23,533 nucleotides of DNA from Gemmatimonadales bacterium (GCA_041577295.1 JBFGJG010000058.1:1-23533), one strand, 5' to 3'; shown: positions 7,188 to 16,878, counted from the stretch's first letter. Translations and numbers: made by a program. Notes: generated by a model from the letters alone, not told the origin.

Positions 7188-9011
7188 ATGCTAGGTGTGA
7201 CCGTCGTTTTGGGCTTGGGACTGGTGCTGGATGGGGGGACATGGTCCGCTGGGGAAGCCTGGCGGGAGAAGCGCAGCGCACCGGTTCGGGACGTTCACTA
7301 TGAAGTTACCTTCAATGCCGCGTCTGCCGCGCGTCGAACACTGCACGTTAGCATGCGCTTTCGTGCGGAGGCGGCGGGGCCGGTCCTCCTCTCCCTCCCG
7401 GCATGGACACCAGGTGCGTACGAGATCAGCAACTTTGCACGCAATGTTTCCGGCTTTGATGCGCAGGCGGAGAACGGGCGGCCGCTGCGGTGGGACCGGG
7501 CCGACCACGACACATGGCGGGTGCAGACGGAGAAGAACGAAGAGGTGATCGTCAGATTCGATTACCTGGCGGACTCACTCGATAACGCCATGGCGTGGTC
7601 GACCCCTGACTTCGCATTCTTCAACGGCACCAACGTCTTTCTCTTTCCCGAAGACCAAGATCTTGCAATCCCTGCGCAGGTCACGGTGCAAACCGAACCG
7701 GGTTGGCAGGTGGCGACCGGCATGGCGTCCACGGGACGGCGCGGGGAGTTCACGGCGCCGAACTACCACGAGCTAGTGGACATGCCGGTGTTCGTCGGCC
7801 GGTTCGACCTCGACAGCCTTGAGATCGACGGGCGATGGTATCGACTCGCGTCGTACCCAGAGGGCGCTTTGAGCGGCCGGGCTCGCAAGACCTTCTGGGA
7901 ATGGACGGAGAAGATGTTGTCTCCGATGACCGCGGTGTTCGGGGAGGTCCCGTGGGCTGATTACACGACGTTGCTGGTTTTCTCGTCGGATTATCCGGGT
8001 GGGAGCGCCCTCGAGCACGGCAATTCGCACATCGGGATCTATAACCCACAGTTCATTGGAAACCCGATCCTCGCGTCGATCACAGCGCACGAAATCTTTC
8101 ACGCCTGGAACGTGAAGCGACTCAGGCCAAGCGAGCTCGTTCCGTACGACTACCGGCGCCAACAACCTACGACACTGCTGTGGGTCAGCGAGGGCATTAC
8201 CGATTACTACGCCGACCTGGCGCTCGTCCGGGGTGACATCATTCCACCGGCACTGTTTTACGTGATTACAGCCGGAAAGATCGACAACGTGAATTCGGTG
8301 CCACCGGTGGCGTTGGAGGACGCATCGCTCGCCACGTGGATCCAGCCAGCTGATGGAACCGGGTACATCTACTATCCGAAGGGCTCGTTGGCGGGGTTCC
8401 TGCTGGACATCTTGATTCGGGATGCGTCCAACAATCTCAAATCACTGGACGACGTCTTTCGTGAACTCTATCGAACGACGTACCTCGAAGGCACCGGATT
8501 CACGGAGCAGCAATGGTGGGACGCTGTCCAACGTAACTCGGGGGGCCGTTCGTATGAGGAGTTCTGGGCCCGTTATATCGACGGTCGCGATCCCTATCCG
8601 TGGGATCGGGTGCTCCCGCTCGCCGGTCTGACGTTACGGGCCGACAGCAACCTCGTGCCCCGGCTGGGCGTGTCGACCGACGTGGACAGTGCCGGCGTAC
8701 GCGTGGTAGCGCTCGTTCCAGACGGCGCCGCGATAGACGCCGGGGTGCGGGTGGGGGATTACCTGACGCGTGTGGGTGATGTGAGGGTGCGGGGCGCTGA
8801 GTTTGGCGACGAGTTTCGGGCGCGATACGCGCGCGCCGGGAGAGGCACACCCCTCGACATCACGGTTCGTCGTGACGGGGAGACGGTGCAACTGACCGGT
8901 GAACTACGTGTGGAAGCCGAAGTGAGATATGCGATCGAAGAAGACCCCAGGGCCACGACGAAGGCCCGTCGGATCCGTGAGGGAATCCTCCGTGGGACTG
9001 TCGAGCGATGA
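7188..9011 (+). CDS. M61-family glycyl aminopeptidase with C-terminal PDZ domain
   Basis: LPAWTPGAY, SALEH, AHEIFHAWNVKRLRP (HEXXH), WVSEGITDYY, YYPKG and PDZ-like AIDAGVRVGD. Start is 7188 (GAGG upstream) or 7173. Confidence 0.92.
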   Translation: MLGVTVVLGLGLVLDGGTWSAGEAWREKRSAPVRDVHYEVTFNAASAARRTLHVSMRFRAEAAGPVLLSLPAWTPGAYEISNFARNVSGFDAQAENGRPLRWDRADHDTWRVQTEKNEEVIVRFDYLADSLDNAMAWSTPDFAFFNGTNVFLFPEDQDLAIPAQVTVQTEPGWQVATGMASTGRRGEFTAPNYHELVDMPVFVGRFDLDSLEIDGRWYRLASYPEGALSGRARKTFWEWTEKMLSPMTAVFGEVPWADYTTLLVFSSDYPGGSALEHGNSHIGIYNPQFIGNPILASITAHEIFHAWNVKRLRPSELVPYDYRRQQPTTLLWVSEGITDYYADLALVRGDIIPPALFYVITAGKIDNVNSVPPVALEDASLATWIQPADGTGYIYYPKGSLAGFLLDILIRDASNNLKSLDDVFRELYRTTYLEGTGFTEQQWWDAVQRNSGGRSYEEFWARYIDGRDPYPWDRVLPLAGLTLRADSNLVPRLGVSTDVDSAGVRVVALVPDGAAIDAGVRVGDYLTRVGDVRVRGAEFGDEFRARYARAGRGTPLDITVRRDGETVQLTGELRVEAEVRYAIEEDPRATTKARRIREGILRGTVER

Positions 9012-9586
9012 ACGGCTCTCGGTGTGGGTGGGCCAACGCCAACGACCTCATGGTCGAGTACCACGACCGGGAGTGGGGGGTACCCGTCCATGACGACCGA
9101 AAGCTGTTCGAGTTTCTTGTGCTGGATGCCTTTCAAGCGGGTTTGAGCTGGGCGATCGTCCTCAACAAGCGGGAAGACTTCCGAGCCGCGTTCAGCGATT
9201 TCAATGCTGGGAAGATTGCGCGATTTCCCAAGCGTAAGATCGAGAGCCTGGTCCGCAACCCGAAGATCATTCGCAATCGCCAAAAGATCCTCGCCACCGT
9301 CGCGAACGCAAAAGCCTTTTTGGCGGTGCAAGATGAGCACGGTTCGTTCGATGCGTTTATCTGGCAGTTCGTGGGTGGCAGGACGCGACAGAACCGCTGG
9401 AAGACCATGAAGCAGATTCCCGCAAAGACACCGCAATCGGACGCGATGAGCAAAGCGCTGAAAGAGCGAGGCTTTTCGTTCGTGGGCTCCACCATCTGTT
9501 ACGCGTTCATGCAGGCCGCTGGGATGGTGAACGATCATTTGGTGTCGTGTTTTCGATACGACGAAGTCGGAACGACGGAGGGTTAG
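9008..9586 (+). CDS. tag: DNA-3-methyladenine glycosylase I
   Basis: RCGW, YHDREWG, LFEFLVL..FQAGLSW, IIRNRQKI, FVGSTICYAFMQAAGMVNDHLVSC. ATGA overlap with the peptidase gene. Confidence 0.96.
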   Translation: MNGSRCGWANANDLMVEYHDREWGVPVHDDRKLFEFLVLDAFQAGLSWAIVLNKREDFRAAFSDFNAGKIARFPKRKIESLVRNPKIIRNRQKILATVANAKAFLAVQDEHGSFDAFIWQFVGGRTRQNRWKTMKQIPAKTPQSDAMSKALKERGFSFVGSTICYAFMQAAGMVNDHLVSCFRYDEVGTTEG

Positions 9587-9661
9587 AGACGGAACGTCAG
9601 GATGAAGCGTGGTTTGGGGAGGATTCACTCCCCACTTTCTACTCCCACTCTCCGTTCTTGC

Positions 9662-10096
9662 TTACCGAAGGTCGAACACGTAGCTGTTGAGGTAGTCGAT
9701 CGTCTCTTTTTGCTCGCGCACCTGGTAGGCCATGATGTCACCGCTGGTGATGATGCCTTCGGGGCCCTTTTCGCCGACCACGGGGATATGCCGTATGCGT
9801 TTGTCGGTCATCATCCCCATGCACTGATCGAGTGTGGCCTCGGGGCGACAGGTCACGACTGGGGTGGTCATCACGTCTCGGATGCGCGTCTCGGCTGGAT
9901 CTCGCTGCTCGGCGACGACGCGGCGCAGGATATCCCGCTCGGTGAAAATTCCCACCATTTTTCCCTGATCGGTGACGATGACTCCGCCGATGCTTCGTTC
10001 GTTCATCAGCCGTGCGACGTTGAGCACGGACTCGGCCGCGACCATGGACACGACCTCGGAGCCTTTCTTGGCGAGAATGTCCTTTACCGTGGTCAT
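9662..10096 (-). CDS. CBS-pair domain protein
   Basis: VKDILAKKG, GIFTERDILRRV, IRDVMT, IRHIPVV and GIITSGDI. AGGAG RBS. Confidence 0.93.
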   Translation of the reverse strand: MTTVKDILAKKGSEVVSMVAAESVLNVARLMNERSIGGVIVTDQGKMVGIFTERDILRRVVAEQRDPAETRIRDVMTTPVVTCRPEATLDQCMGMMTDKRIRHIPVVGEKGPEGIITSGDIMAYQVREQKETIDYLNSYVFDLR

Positions 10097-10171
10097 GCGT
10101 CGTCTCCTGCCATGGGATTGCTCCGATATTAGGGTTTTGAGAGTGCAGGCGCCAGGAGGAGCCCACCCGTC

Positions 10172-13036
10172 GTGACCATCCCGTCAATCGACGAGGTTCG
10201 CACTGCCACCCGTGAGCGGTACGAGATCGACGGTCTCTACGCGCAGGGAGGGATGGGTGCAGTGTTTGTCGGCCGGCACCGCGAGCTGCGCTCCAAGGTG
10301 GCCGTCAAGGTGCTCCCCCGGGATGTGACGCAAGCGCCGGAACGGTTGGCTCGTTTCAAGCGCGAGGCTGCGCTCGCGGCAAACCTTTCGCATCCGCATA
10401 TCGTGCCCGTCTTCGAGTTTCAGGTCACGGCGGACATGGCGTATCTCGTCATGCCGTTTGTCGAGGGGAAGACCTTGGCGGAGTACGTGAGTGAGAGTGG
10501 GCCATTCGACTACAACGCGCTGCGAACGGTACTGCGCGAGGTGGGGTCTGCGCTCCGTTTCGCGCACGCGAAGGGCGTGGTGCATCGAGACGTAAAGCCG
10601 TCCAACATCCTGCGGGAGGAAGAGAGCGGACGGTGGATGCTTACGGACTTTGGGGTGGCTCGCGGGCCCCATTCGGCCGGAGGCACGCTAACGTACGACG
10701 GAGCGGTCGTCGGCACGCCAGCCTATATGGCACCGGAGCAGGCAGCGGGCTCCCCGGACATCGATGCGCGAGCGGATCTCTACGGCCTGGCGGCAGCCGC
10801 GTTCGAGGCGTTGACCGGACTGCTTCCGGACATCATGCGGGATGCCGACGCCGCGGAGCGAGCGCTCGCCAAGGAGCGGCCCGAGCTTCCCCCTGCGCTC
10901 ATCCGCGCCCTCACATCGCCCCTTGCCCTCGATCGCACCCGGCGCCCGGCCTCGGCGCAGGAGTGGTTGGACAGCCTCGAGTCCGCCGAGAGACCACGCG
11001 CAACTGCTGCGGTGCGACGCGTCCCGATGTGGGTCGCGGCGTTGCCATTCGTCCTGGGGGTGGCCGCCGGCTGGTTGTCGGGGCGTGGATCCCCGGCCCC
11101 TGCGGAGGTGGCGACGGTCGTGATCTTGCCATTCGCCGTCCCGACGGAAATGGCGGGGCTCAATCTGCCGACGGCGCTTCCGCGCGCGTTCGAAGCACAG
11201 CTGCAATGGGTGCCCGACTACCGCGTGGTGAACGCCGACCGCGTTGGCGAAGCGATTGCGACACGGTTCCCCAATGGGGCAGACCTCGACAGCCTCGTCC
11301 GATTCGTGATGGCTCGCTACCAAGCCACCGAGGTCGTCTGGGGGAGCGCAGTGCTGAACCCCAGTGGAGATCTCACGCTGAATGTGCAGGTTCGCAGCGG
11401 AACACCGCAGCGTGTCATCGATTCACAACAAATAGCCGGGGCTCCGGACAGCTTGGGTGCGCTGGTGTCGGCGCTCGTGAGCAACTTGTTTGCCCAACGC
11501 GTCGCGGCGGAGCGTGCGGGGTGGAGCGAGGCTATCCCGCGCGGCCTCGATGCATTTCACGCGTATTACCAAGCGGAATCGTCCTTCCGCCGGGCGGCAT
11601 ACGCCGATGCCATCATGCACCTGGACGAGGTCATCAGTCACGACTCGGCCTTCGCGCCGGCCTACTTCAAGCGTATGCTCGCGGAGATTCTGCGAACCCA
11701 GCCAACTCGAGCCACGGCGGCGGTCCATTCGGCACTCCACGCGGCGCGCGCCTACCGGGAACGTCTCGATCCCACCTCGGCTGCAGTGCTCGAAGCCTAC
11801 GACATCCTTCTCACCGATGGTGATCTCGACGAAGCGCACGAGCGGTTCCAAGAGATTGCGCAAAGCCATCCACTGGCTGTGAACGCCTGGTTTCTGTTGG
11901 GCTATCTCCAATTCAACTTTGCGGCGCTGATCGACATTCCACGTACGCGCTCGAGGGAAGCCTTTGAACGCGCCTATGGAATCGATCCGCGATTCGCGGC
12001 GGCCATCGCGCAACTGGCGCAGATCGCCATTCTCGACCGGCGCGAGGATGCCGCGCGCCGCTACATTCGCGAATATCTGCGGATCGACAGCGTATCCGTA
12101 TGGGCCGAGCTGGCGCGCATGGGTGATTCGCTGCTGTATGGCGGCCCAAACCCCGCGTTCGCGGTGAGGGGCTCGTTCGAACAAAGACCGGCGGCGGCGC
12201 TCGAGATCATCGGGCTCGCAGCCGGCGAGCTCACTAACCCACCGCAGGCCAGGGTGATCGCCCAGGATGCGGTGGACGCGCTGTGGCAAAAGGCAGCGAC
12301 TCGGCGGGATCGTCAGGTGGCCTTTCGCATGCTCTTGGCGACGCAACTCGGTGGCGGTAGGCAGGCGTCGGCCGAGAGCCTCTTGGCGGAAGCACGTTTG
12401 CGTGACGTGCCGGCTGGCGAACTCGACCGGTGGCGGCTGCTGGGTGCGGTGACTGGCGTTGCACAGCTCAGCGGTGACAGCGATCTCTCGGGACTGGCGC
12501 GACAGCTCGCTGCCCAGGATGACGCTGAGGCGCTCTGGCTCGCCGCCCGGTGGTTTCGTGGTCGTGAAGCCGGAGTTCATGCTGCCGTGCGGCGACGCCT
12601 CAACAACCAGCGGGATGTCACACCGCACGCGCAAAGCCTCGCAATCGACCTCGAAGCGCTAGACGATTTGGCGAGCGGTGACACGGCGGCCGCACTGCAG
12701 CGTTGGACCACCGCGCTCGATCGCTACTCCATCGAGGAAGTCCCGTTTGGACTGACGGGCTCGCTCTGGCCGCTCCGGCTCGAGATGGCTCGCGTCGCGC
12801 GCAGCGCCGGCGAATATGAGGTGGTTCGACGCGTCACGACCGGGTTCATGCAAATGGCGGGGTTCATCGATCAGGTTGCGTGGGCTGAGGTTTTGCCGTT
12901 ACGGGTCGCAGCACTTCGGGCGGCGAATGCCACCAGTCAAGCGGAGGCAACGAGGGCTGCACTGTCCGAGGTGCTGCGATTTGCCAACGGCCGTGGCGCC
13001 ATGGTGAGAGATTCGGTGAGAGGCAGTAATCAGTAA
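10172..13036 (+). CDS. Hanks-type Ser/Thr protein kinase with TM helix, TolB-N-like segment and TPR-like repeats
   Basis: GGMGAVF, VAVK, HPHIV, HRDVKPSN, DFG and GTPAYMAPE motifs. TM segment WVAALPFVLGVAAGWL, then VVILPF, then helical repeats (FAPAY, NAWFLLG, DPRFAAA). AGGAGG RBS before the GTG. Confidence 0.93.
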   Translation: MTIPSIDEVRTATRERYEIDGLYAQGGMGAVFVGRHRELRSKVAVKVLPRDVTQAPERLARFKREAALAANLSHPHIVPVFEFQVTADMAYLVMPFVEGKTLAEYVSESGPFDYNALRTVLREVGSALRFAHAKGVVHRDVKPSNILREEESGRWMLTDFGVARGPHSAGGTLTYDGAVVGTPAYMAPEQAAGSPDIDARADLYGLAAAAFEALTGLLPDIMRDADAAERALAKERPELPPALIRALTSPLALDRTRRPASAQEWLDSLESAERPRATAAVRRVPMWVAALPFVLGVAAGWLSGRGSPAPAEVATVVILPFAVPTEMAGLNLPTALPRAFEAQLQWVPDYRVVNADRVGEAIATRFPNGADLDSLVRFVMARYQATEVVWGSAVLNPSGDLTLNVQVRSGTPQRVIDSQQIAGAPDSLGALVSALVSNLFAQRVAAERAGWSEAIPRGLDAFHAYYQAESSFRRAAYADAIMHLDEVISHDSAFAPAYFKRMLAEILRTQPTRATAAVHSALHAARAYRERLDPTSAAVLEAYDILLTDGDLDEAHERFQEIAQSHPLAVNAWFLLGYLQFNFAALIDIPRTRSREAFERAYGIDPRFAAAIAQLAQIAILDRREDAARRYIREYLRIDSVSVWAELARMGDSLLYGGPNPAFAVRGSFEQRPAAALEIIGLAAGELTNPPQARVIAQDAVDALWQKAATRRDRQVAFRMLLATQLGGGRQASAESLLAEARLRDVPAGELDRWRLLGAVTGVAQLSGDSDLSGLARQLAAQDDAEALWLAARWFRGREAGVHAAVRRRLNNQRDVTPHAQSLAIDLEALDDLASGDTAAALQRWTTALDRYSIEEVPFGLTGSLWPLRLEMARVARSAGEYEVVRRVTTGFMQMAGFIDQVAWAEVLPLRVAALRAANATSQAEATRAALSEVLRFANGRGAMVRDSVRGSNQ

Positions 13037-13088
13037 GGAGTAAGTGGCTTCCCACTCCCCACATCCCGCTCCCCAAGTACAATTACGC

Positions 13089-16000
13089 ATGGCTTCAGGA
13101 ACGGCTACCGATGGCGCGATTCGGCTGGAGGTGCCAAGTGCGGAGGTGTTGCATCGCCTGGCGGACGCGGCGCTACCCCTTGGCCTCAAGGCCGGGCGTG
13201 CCAAGCGTGGGTTCCATCGCGACATCTACCTAGATACTCCGGATGGAGAGCTACAGCGCCGGGGTGTAAGCTGTCGCTTCCGGATTGGGACGGACGACCG
13301 CCGGACGTTGCGCGTGGTTATTCGGTCCGCGGTGGCCGGCGGTGCCCTCGTCGAGTACGACCACTACGAAGCCGAGGTGCAGGAGATGGAGCCGCTGGAC
13401 TCCTTGCGGGGCGCTTCGGAGCCTGCCCGCCGCCTCCGCGCGGTCATTGATCCTCGCCAGCTCGGTGTTCGCATCGAGCTGCAAACGGAACGCCTGCTTA
13501 GGACCGCTCGGCCGCGGTGGCTTCCGATCAAGACGTTCGAGATTGCCTACGATGCCGTCTCGGTGTTCAGCGGTGGGCTGTCTCGGCGTTTCCACGAGAT
13601 CCGACTCCGACGGCTGGCGCCCGGCGGCCCATCGATAGATGAGGTCGGCGATGCGTTTCAGCGCGATTACGGCTTGCGTGCAATGCCGTCTCGTAGGGTA
13701 GAACGCGCCGAGGAGTTGCTGGGCGCGATGGAGTCGGAAGCCCCGCCAGAGGACGTCAGGGCGGCTCCTCAGGTGGCGGTGATTGCGCTCGCAGGGGGAC
13801 ATGTGGCGGTGCGATACGCTGATGACACTCTCACGATTCCTGTGATAGACGGGGCGGGTGAGGAGGCGTCGCGTCGTGTGCTCACGGAACTGCTGGGAAC
13901 AGCGACAGGTGATCTGGGCCTGCTGGGGACGGTCGCGGCGTCACCCTCCGCGGCCGCTATGGAGGTCTGGCTTGCGCGGTGTGAGCCCGAGACCCTGGGA
14001 AATAACACCCCAGCGGGTGTTCGCTGGCTGAGTTTCTGCGACGTGCTCGGCCTTGTCGGTGCACCCGCGTTGCGGGACGGGCGAACCCTCTCCGCGTTCT
14101 CGCTGCTCGCGCGCAATACGGTGTTCGATGACCTCGAGGGGACTCAGGTTGACCAGGGATCGCCACCGCACGGTGTGCTCACGCGAGAGGAGCTGCAACG
14201 CGATCGCCCGGCGCGGAAGGTTCCGCACGAGTCCCAGCAGTTGATCAACGATGAAGTGAGCCTGCTGGAGTTCAACGGTCGGGTGCTCGAGCTCGCTGAA
14301 GACCCGACGGTGCCACTGCTGGCGCGCTTGCGGTTCCTCGCGATCTACAGCAGCAACACGGATGAGTTCTTCATGGTCAAGGTCGGCGGGCTCAAACGCA
14401 GTCTCGCCGCTGGCAAGACAGATCGCGGAGCCGATGGACTCGCGGTGCACGAGCGGCTCGACGCCATCGCAGTGCGGCTCCGGCATCAGTTGGCACGTCA
14501 ACGTCGCTGCTTTACCCAGGAGTTATCACCCGAGCTGAGCAAGCAGGGCATTCAGATTCTGACCTGGGAAGACCTCGCAGCCGAGGACAAGCAATTCGTC
14601 AGTCAGTACTTCGATGAACAGGTTTTCCCGTTGCTGACGCCGCACGCCGTGACCCGCGCTCCCGGGCATCCGTTCCCCCACATCGAGAACCTGAGGCTGT
14701 CGGTTGCCGCGATGGTGCGCGACGAAGGAACCGGGCGCCTGCGCTTTGGCGTGACGACGTTGCCGGCCTCGCTTCCTCGCTTCGTGCGCCTCCCCAGCGA
14801 AGCCCGTTTCCTCCCGCTCGAAGTCCTCGTACGCGAACGGTTGGGCAAGCTCTACCCGGGTCGCCGGGTGGAAGCAGTGCACTATTTCCGCGTGACGAGA
14901 ATCGGTGATCTGGAGTTGGATGAGGATGCCGCGGATGATCTATTGGACGCCGTGGAGGAACAGGTGCGGCGCAGGCCCTTCGCGGGCGTGGTTCGCCTGG
15001 AGGTCGAGCGTGCGATGCCGCCGGTCATGCGCGACCTCCTGCTCAGGGAGCTGCAGATGGTGGGTGGTGTGCGCGGCACGACACCGGGTGCGTCCGGGAT
15101 CTACGAAGTGGACGGCGCGCTGGATCTGTCCGCGCTGATGGAAGTGGTGGACGTGAACCGGCCAGACCTGGATTACCCGCCGCACGACGCGGCCTCTCCC
15201 ATTCCAACCACGGAACCGATCTTCGACGTGCTGCGCGCGCGTGATGTGCTGGTTCATCATCCGTACGACGCGTTCGAAACGACTACCCAGCGCCTGTTCG
15301 AAGAGGCCGCCGCCGATCCCGACGTCGTAGCGATCAAGGCAACGCTCTACCGCATGGGGAAGCGTTCACCGGTGGTCGAGTCGCTGATCCGTGCCGTCGA
15401 ATCCGGTAAGGAGGTCGATGCCCTGGTGGAGCTCAAGGCCCGGTTCGATGAAGAGCGCAACATCGAATGGGTACGGAAACTGGAGCGGGCGGGCGTGCAT
15501 GTGGTATACGGCCTGGTGCACTTGAAGACCCACTCGAAGTTGGCGATGATCGTGCGGCGTGAGAACGGTGCCGTGCGACGCTACGTGCACGTGGGCACCG
15601 GGAACTACAATGCCGCCACGGCCCGATTGTACACCGACCTTGGGCTGCTCTCGGCGGACACCAGGCTCGCCGCCGACGTCACCGATCTGTTCAACGAGCT
15701 GATGGGAGCGTCCCGACCGGCGGACTCGAGCTTTGACAGGTTGTTGGTTGCTCCCGTCACCATGCTCGATCGCTTCCTTCAACTGATCGAACGCGAGATC
15801 GGGCATGTACGGCAGGGCCGCCCAGGTCGAATCCGCGTGAAGGTCAACGGCTTGGCGGATGTTCAGGTCATTCGCGCGCTGTACGCCGCGTCGAAAGCCG
15901 GTGTTCAGGTCGATCTCGTTGTTCGAGGGATCTGCTCTTTGCGACCGGGGGTGTCAGGCCTTAGCGAGCGCATCCGCGTAGTGTCGATCCTTGGTCGATT

Positions 16001-16271
16001 TTTGGAGCACGCCCGGATCTATCACTTCCACAACGGTGGCGATGACGAGTACTACATCGGTTCGGCAGACTGGCGGCCACGCAACCTGAGACGTCGCGTT
16101 GAGGTGGTGGCGCAGGTCGTCGACTCGGCGGCCATCGAGCGCCTCGACGACATTCTCGAGACGGAACTAGCGGATCCTACGGCGTGGGAGCTGCGATCCG
16201 ACGGATCGTATGCAAGGCGAGGACGGGTAGGACCGAGTGCGCAGGAGAGGTTCCTACGGACGGAAGGTTAG
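13089..16271 (+). CDS. ppk1: Polyphosphate kinase 1 with N-terminal CYTH-like and Nudix-like extension (paralog B)
   Basis: PPK1 core starts near 14240: LEFNGRVLELAED, SNTDEFFMVKV, GHPFP, FRVTR, HHPYDAF, TLYR, VELKARFDEERNI, LKTHSK, GTGNYN, VKVNGL, VRGICSLRPG, GRFLEHARI, GSADWRPRNLRRRVE. Alternative GTG start at 13044. Confidence 0.96.
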   Translation: MASGTATDGAIRLEVPSAEVLHRLADAALPLGLKAGRAKRGFHRDIYLDTPDGELQRRGVSCRFRIGTDDRRTLRVVIRSAVAGGALVEYDHYEAEVQEMEPLDSLRGASEPARRLRAVIDPRQLGVRIELQTERLLRTARPRWLPIKTFEIAYDAVSVFSGGLSRRFHEIRLRRLAPGGPSIDEVGDAFQRDYGLRAMPSRRVERAEELLGAMESEAPPEDVRAAPQVAVIALAGGHVAVRYADDTLTIPVIDGAGEEASRRVLTELLGTATGDLGLLGTVAASPSAAAMEVWLARCEPETLGNNTPAGVRWLSFCDVLGLVGAPALRDGRTLSAFSLLARNTVFDDLEGTQVDQGSPPHGVLTREELQRDRPARKVPHESQQLINDEVSLLEFNGRVLELAEDPTVPLLARLRFLAIYSSNTDEFFMVKVGGLKRSLAAGKTDRGADGLAVHERLDAIAVRLRHQLARQRRCFTQELSPELSKQGIQILTWEDLAAEDKQFVSQYFDEQVFPLLTPHAVTRAPGHPFPHIENLRLSVAAMVRDEGTGRLRFGVTTLPASLPRFVRLPSEARFLPLEVLVRERLGKLYPGRRVEAVHYFRVTRIGDLELDEDAADDLLDAVEEQVRRRPFAGVVRLEVERAMPPVMRDLLLRELQMVGGVRGTTPGASGIYEVDGALDLSALMEVVDVNRPDLDYPPHDAASPIPTTEPIFDVLRARDVLVHHPYDAFETTTQRLFEEAAADPDVVAIKATLYRMGKRSPVVESLIRAVESGKEVDALVELKARFDEERNIEWVRKLERAGVHVVYGLVHLKTHSKLAMIVRRENGAVRRYVHVGTGNYNAATARLYTDLGLLSADTRLAADVTDLFNELMGASRPADSSFDRLLVAPVTMLDRFLQLIEREIGHVRQGRPGRIRVKVNGLADVQVIRALYAASKAGVQVDLVVRGICSLRPGVSGLSERIRVVSILGRFLEHARIYHFHNGGDDEYYIGSADWRPRNLRRRVEVVAQVVDSAAIERLDDILETELADPTAWELRSDGSYARRGRVGPSAQERFLRTEG

Positions 16272-16299
16272 AAGGGCGGAAGGTCGGACTCCCCACTCC

Positions 16300-16773
16300 C
16301 TACTCCCCAGCGAACACCTCATCCCAGACGCCGAGGCCCGCCTCGATCAATGCACCGCCGATAACCTTTTCCGTTCGATGATGGATGAACTCGAGGTCGC
16401 CCGTGGCGGCGTCGGGTTCGTCGCCGAGGATTTGCATGACGAAGCCCATGCCGAAGCCCTTGGGGTCGAGGGTCCGTCGCCAGAGGTCCTCGTACTCCAT
16501 CACCGCGACCGCCGCGTCGTCGGTTTCGTACGCCGCTCGGACAGCGTCACGCACCTCGGCGCGAAGGTTCTCTGCAACGTCCCTATGCGCGGCTCGGTCC
16601 AACGCCTGCAGTCCGATTGCCAGCGCCGCAAGCTCAGCCTCGGCCTGGTTCGCCCGCTCCTCCGCCAGCCCCGGATGATCCCCATATGCCTCGGCGAGCT
16701 GCCCGCGGATCTCAGGCCATTTCGTGGCGACACGGTCACGAACGATGGAGACGTAATCAGTAGCTTTGGTCAC
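16300..16773 (-). CDS. Hypothetical helical, acidic protein
   Basis: 157-aa ORF that fills the gap between ppk1 and the tRNA promoter, with protein-like composition. No recognised motif or RBS. Confidence 0.6.
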   Translation of the reverse strand: MTKATDYVSIVRDRVATKWPEIRGQLAEAYGDHPGLAEERANQAEAELAALAIGLQALDRAAHRDVAENLRAEVRDAVRAAYETDDAAVAVMEYEDLWRRTLDPKGFGMGFVMQILGDEPDAATGDLEFIHHRTEKVIGGALIEAGLGVWDEVFAGE

Positions 16774-16825
16774 GAGGGGGAATCTGGGTCAATGGCGGGA
16801 TCGGCGGGAGGGGCGGAAGCAGCGG

Positions 16826-16856
16826 TTGCCCTCACCACCGATACAAGTGATATTTT
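16826..16856 (+). promoter_or_regulatory. Candidate sigma70 promoter of the tRNA pair
   Basis: TTGCCC at 16826 and TGaTATTTT at 16848-16856, about 20 nt before the first tRNA. Confidence 0.45.
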
Positions 16857-16878
16857 TAGCCCGGCTTGAAGCCATCGT

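Noticed and set aside
7188..9586. Functional link between the M61 peptidase and tag from their ATGA overlap
   Set aside because: Translational coupling is visible, but both are ordinary genes with no plausible shared pathway.
10633..12634. Long alternative-frame and antisense ORFs (396 and 403 aa) within the kinase gene
   Set aside because: Arg/Pro/Gly-rich shadow frames overlapping a well-supported gene.
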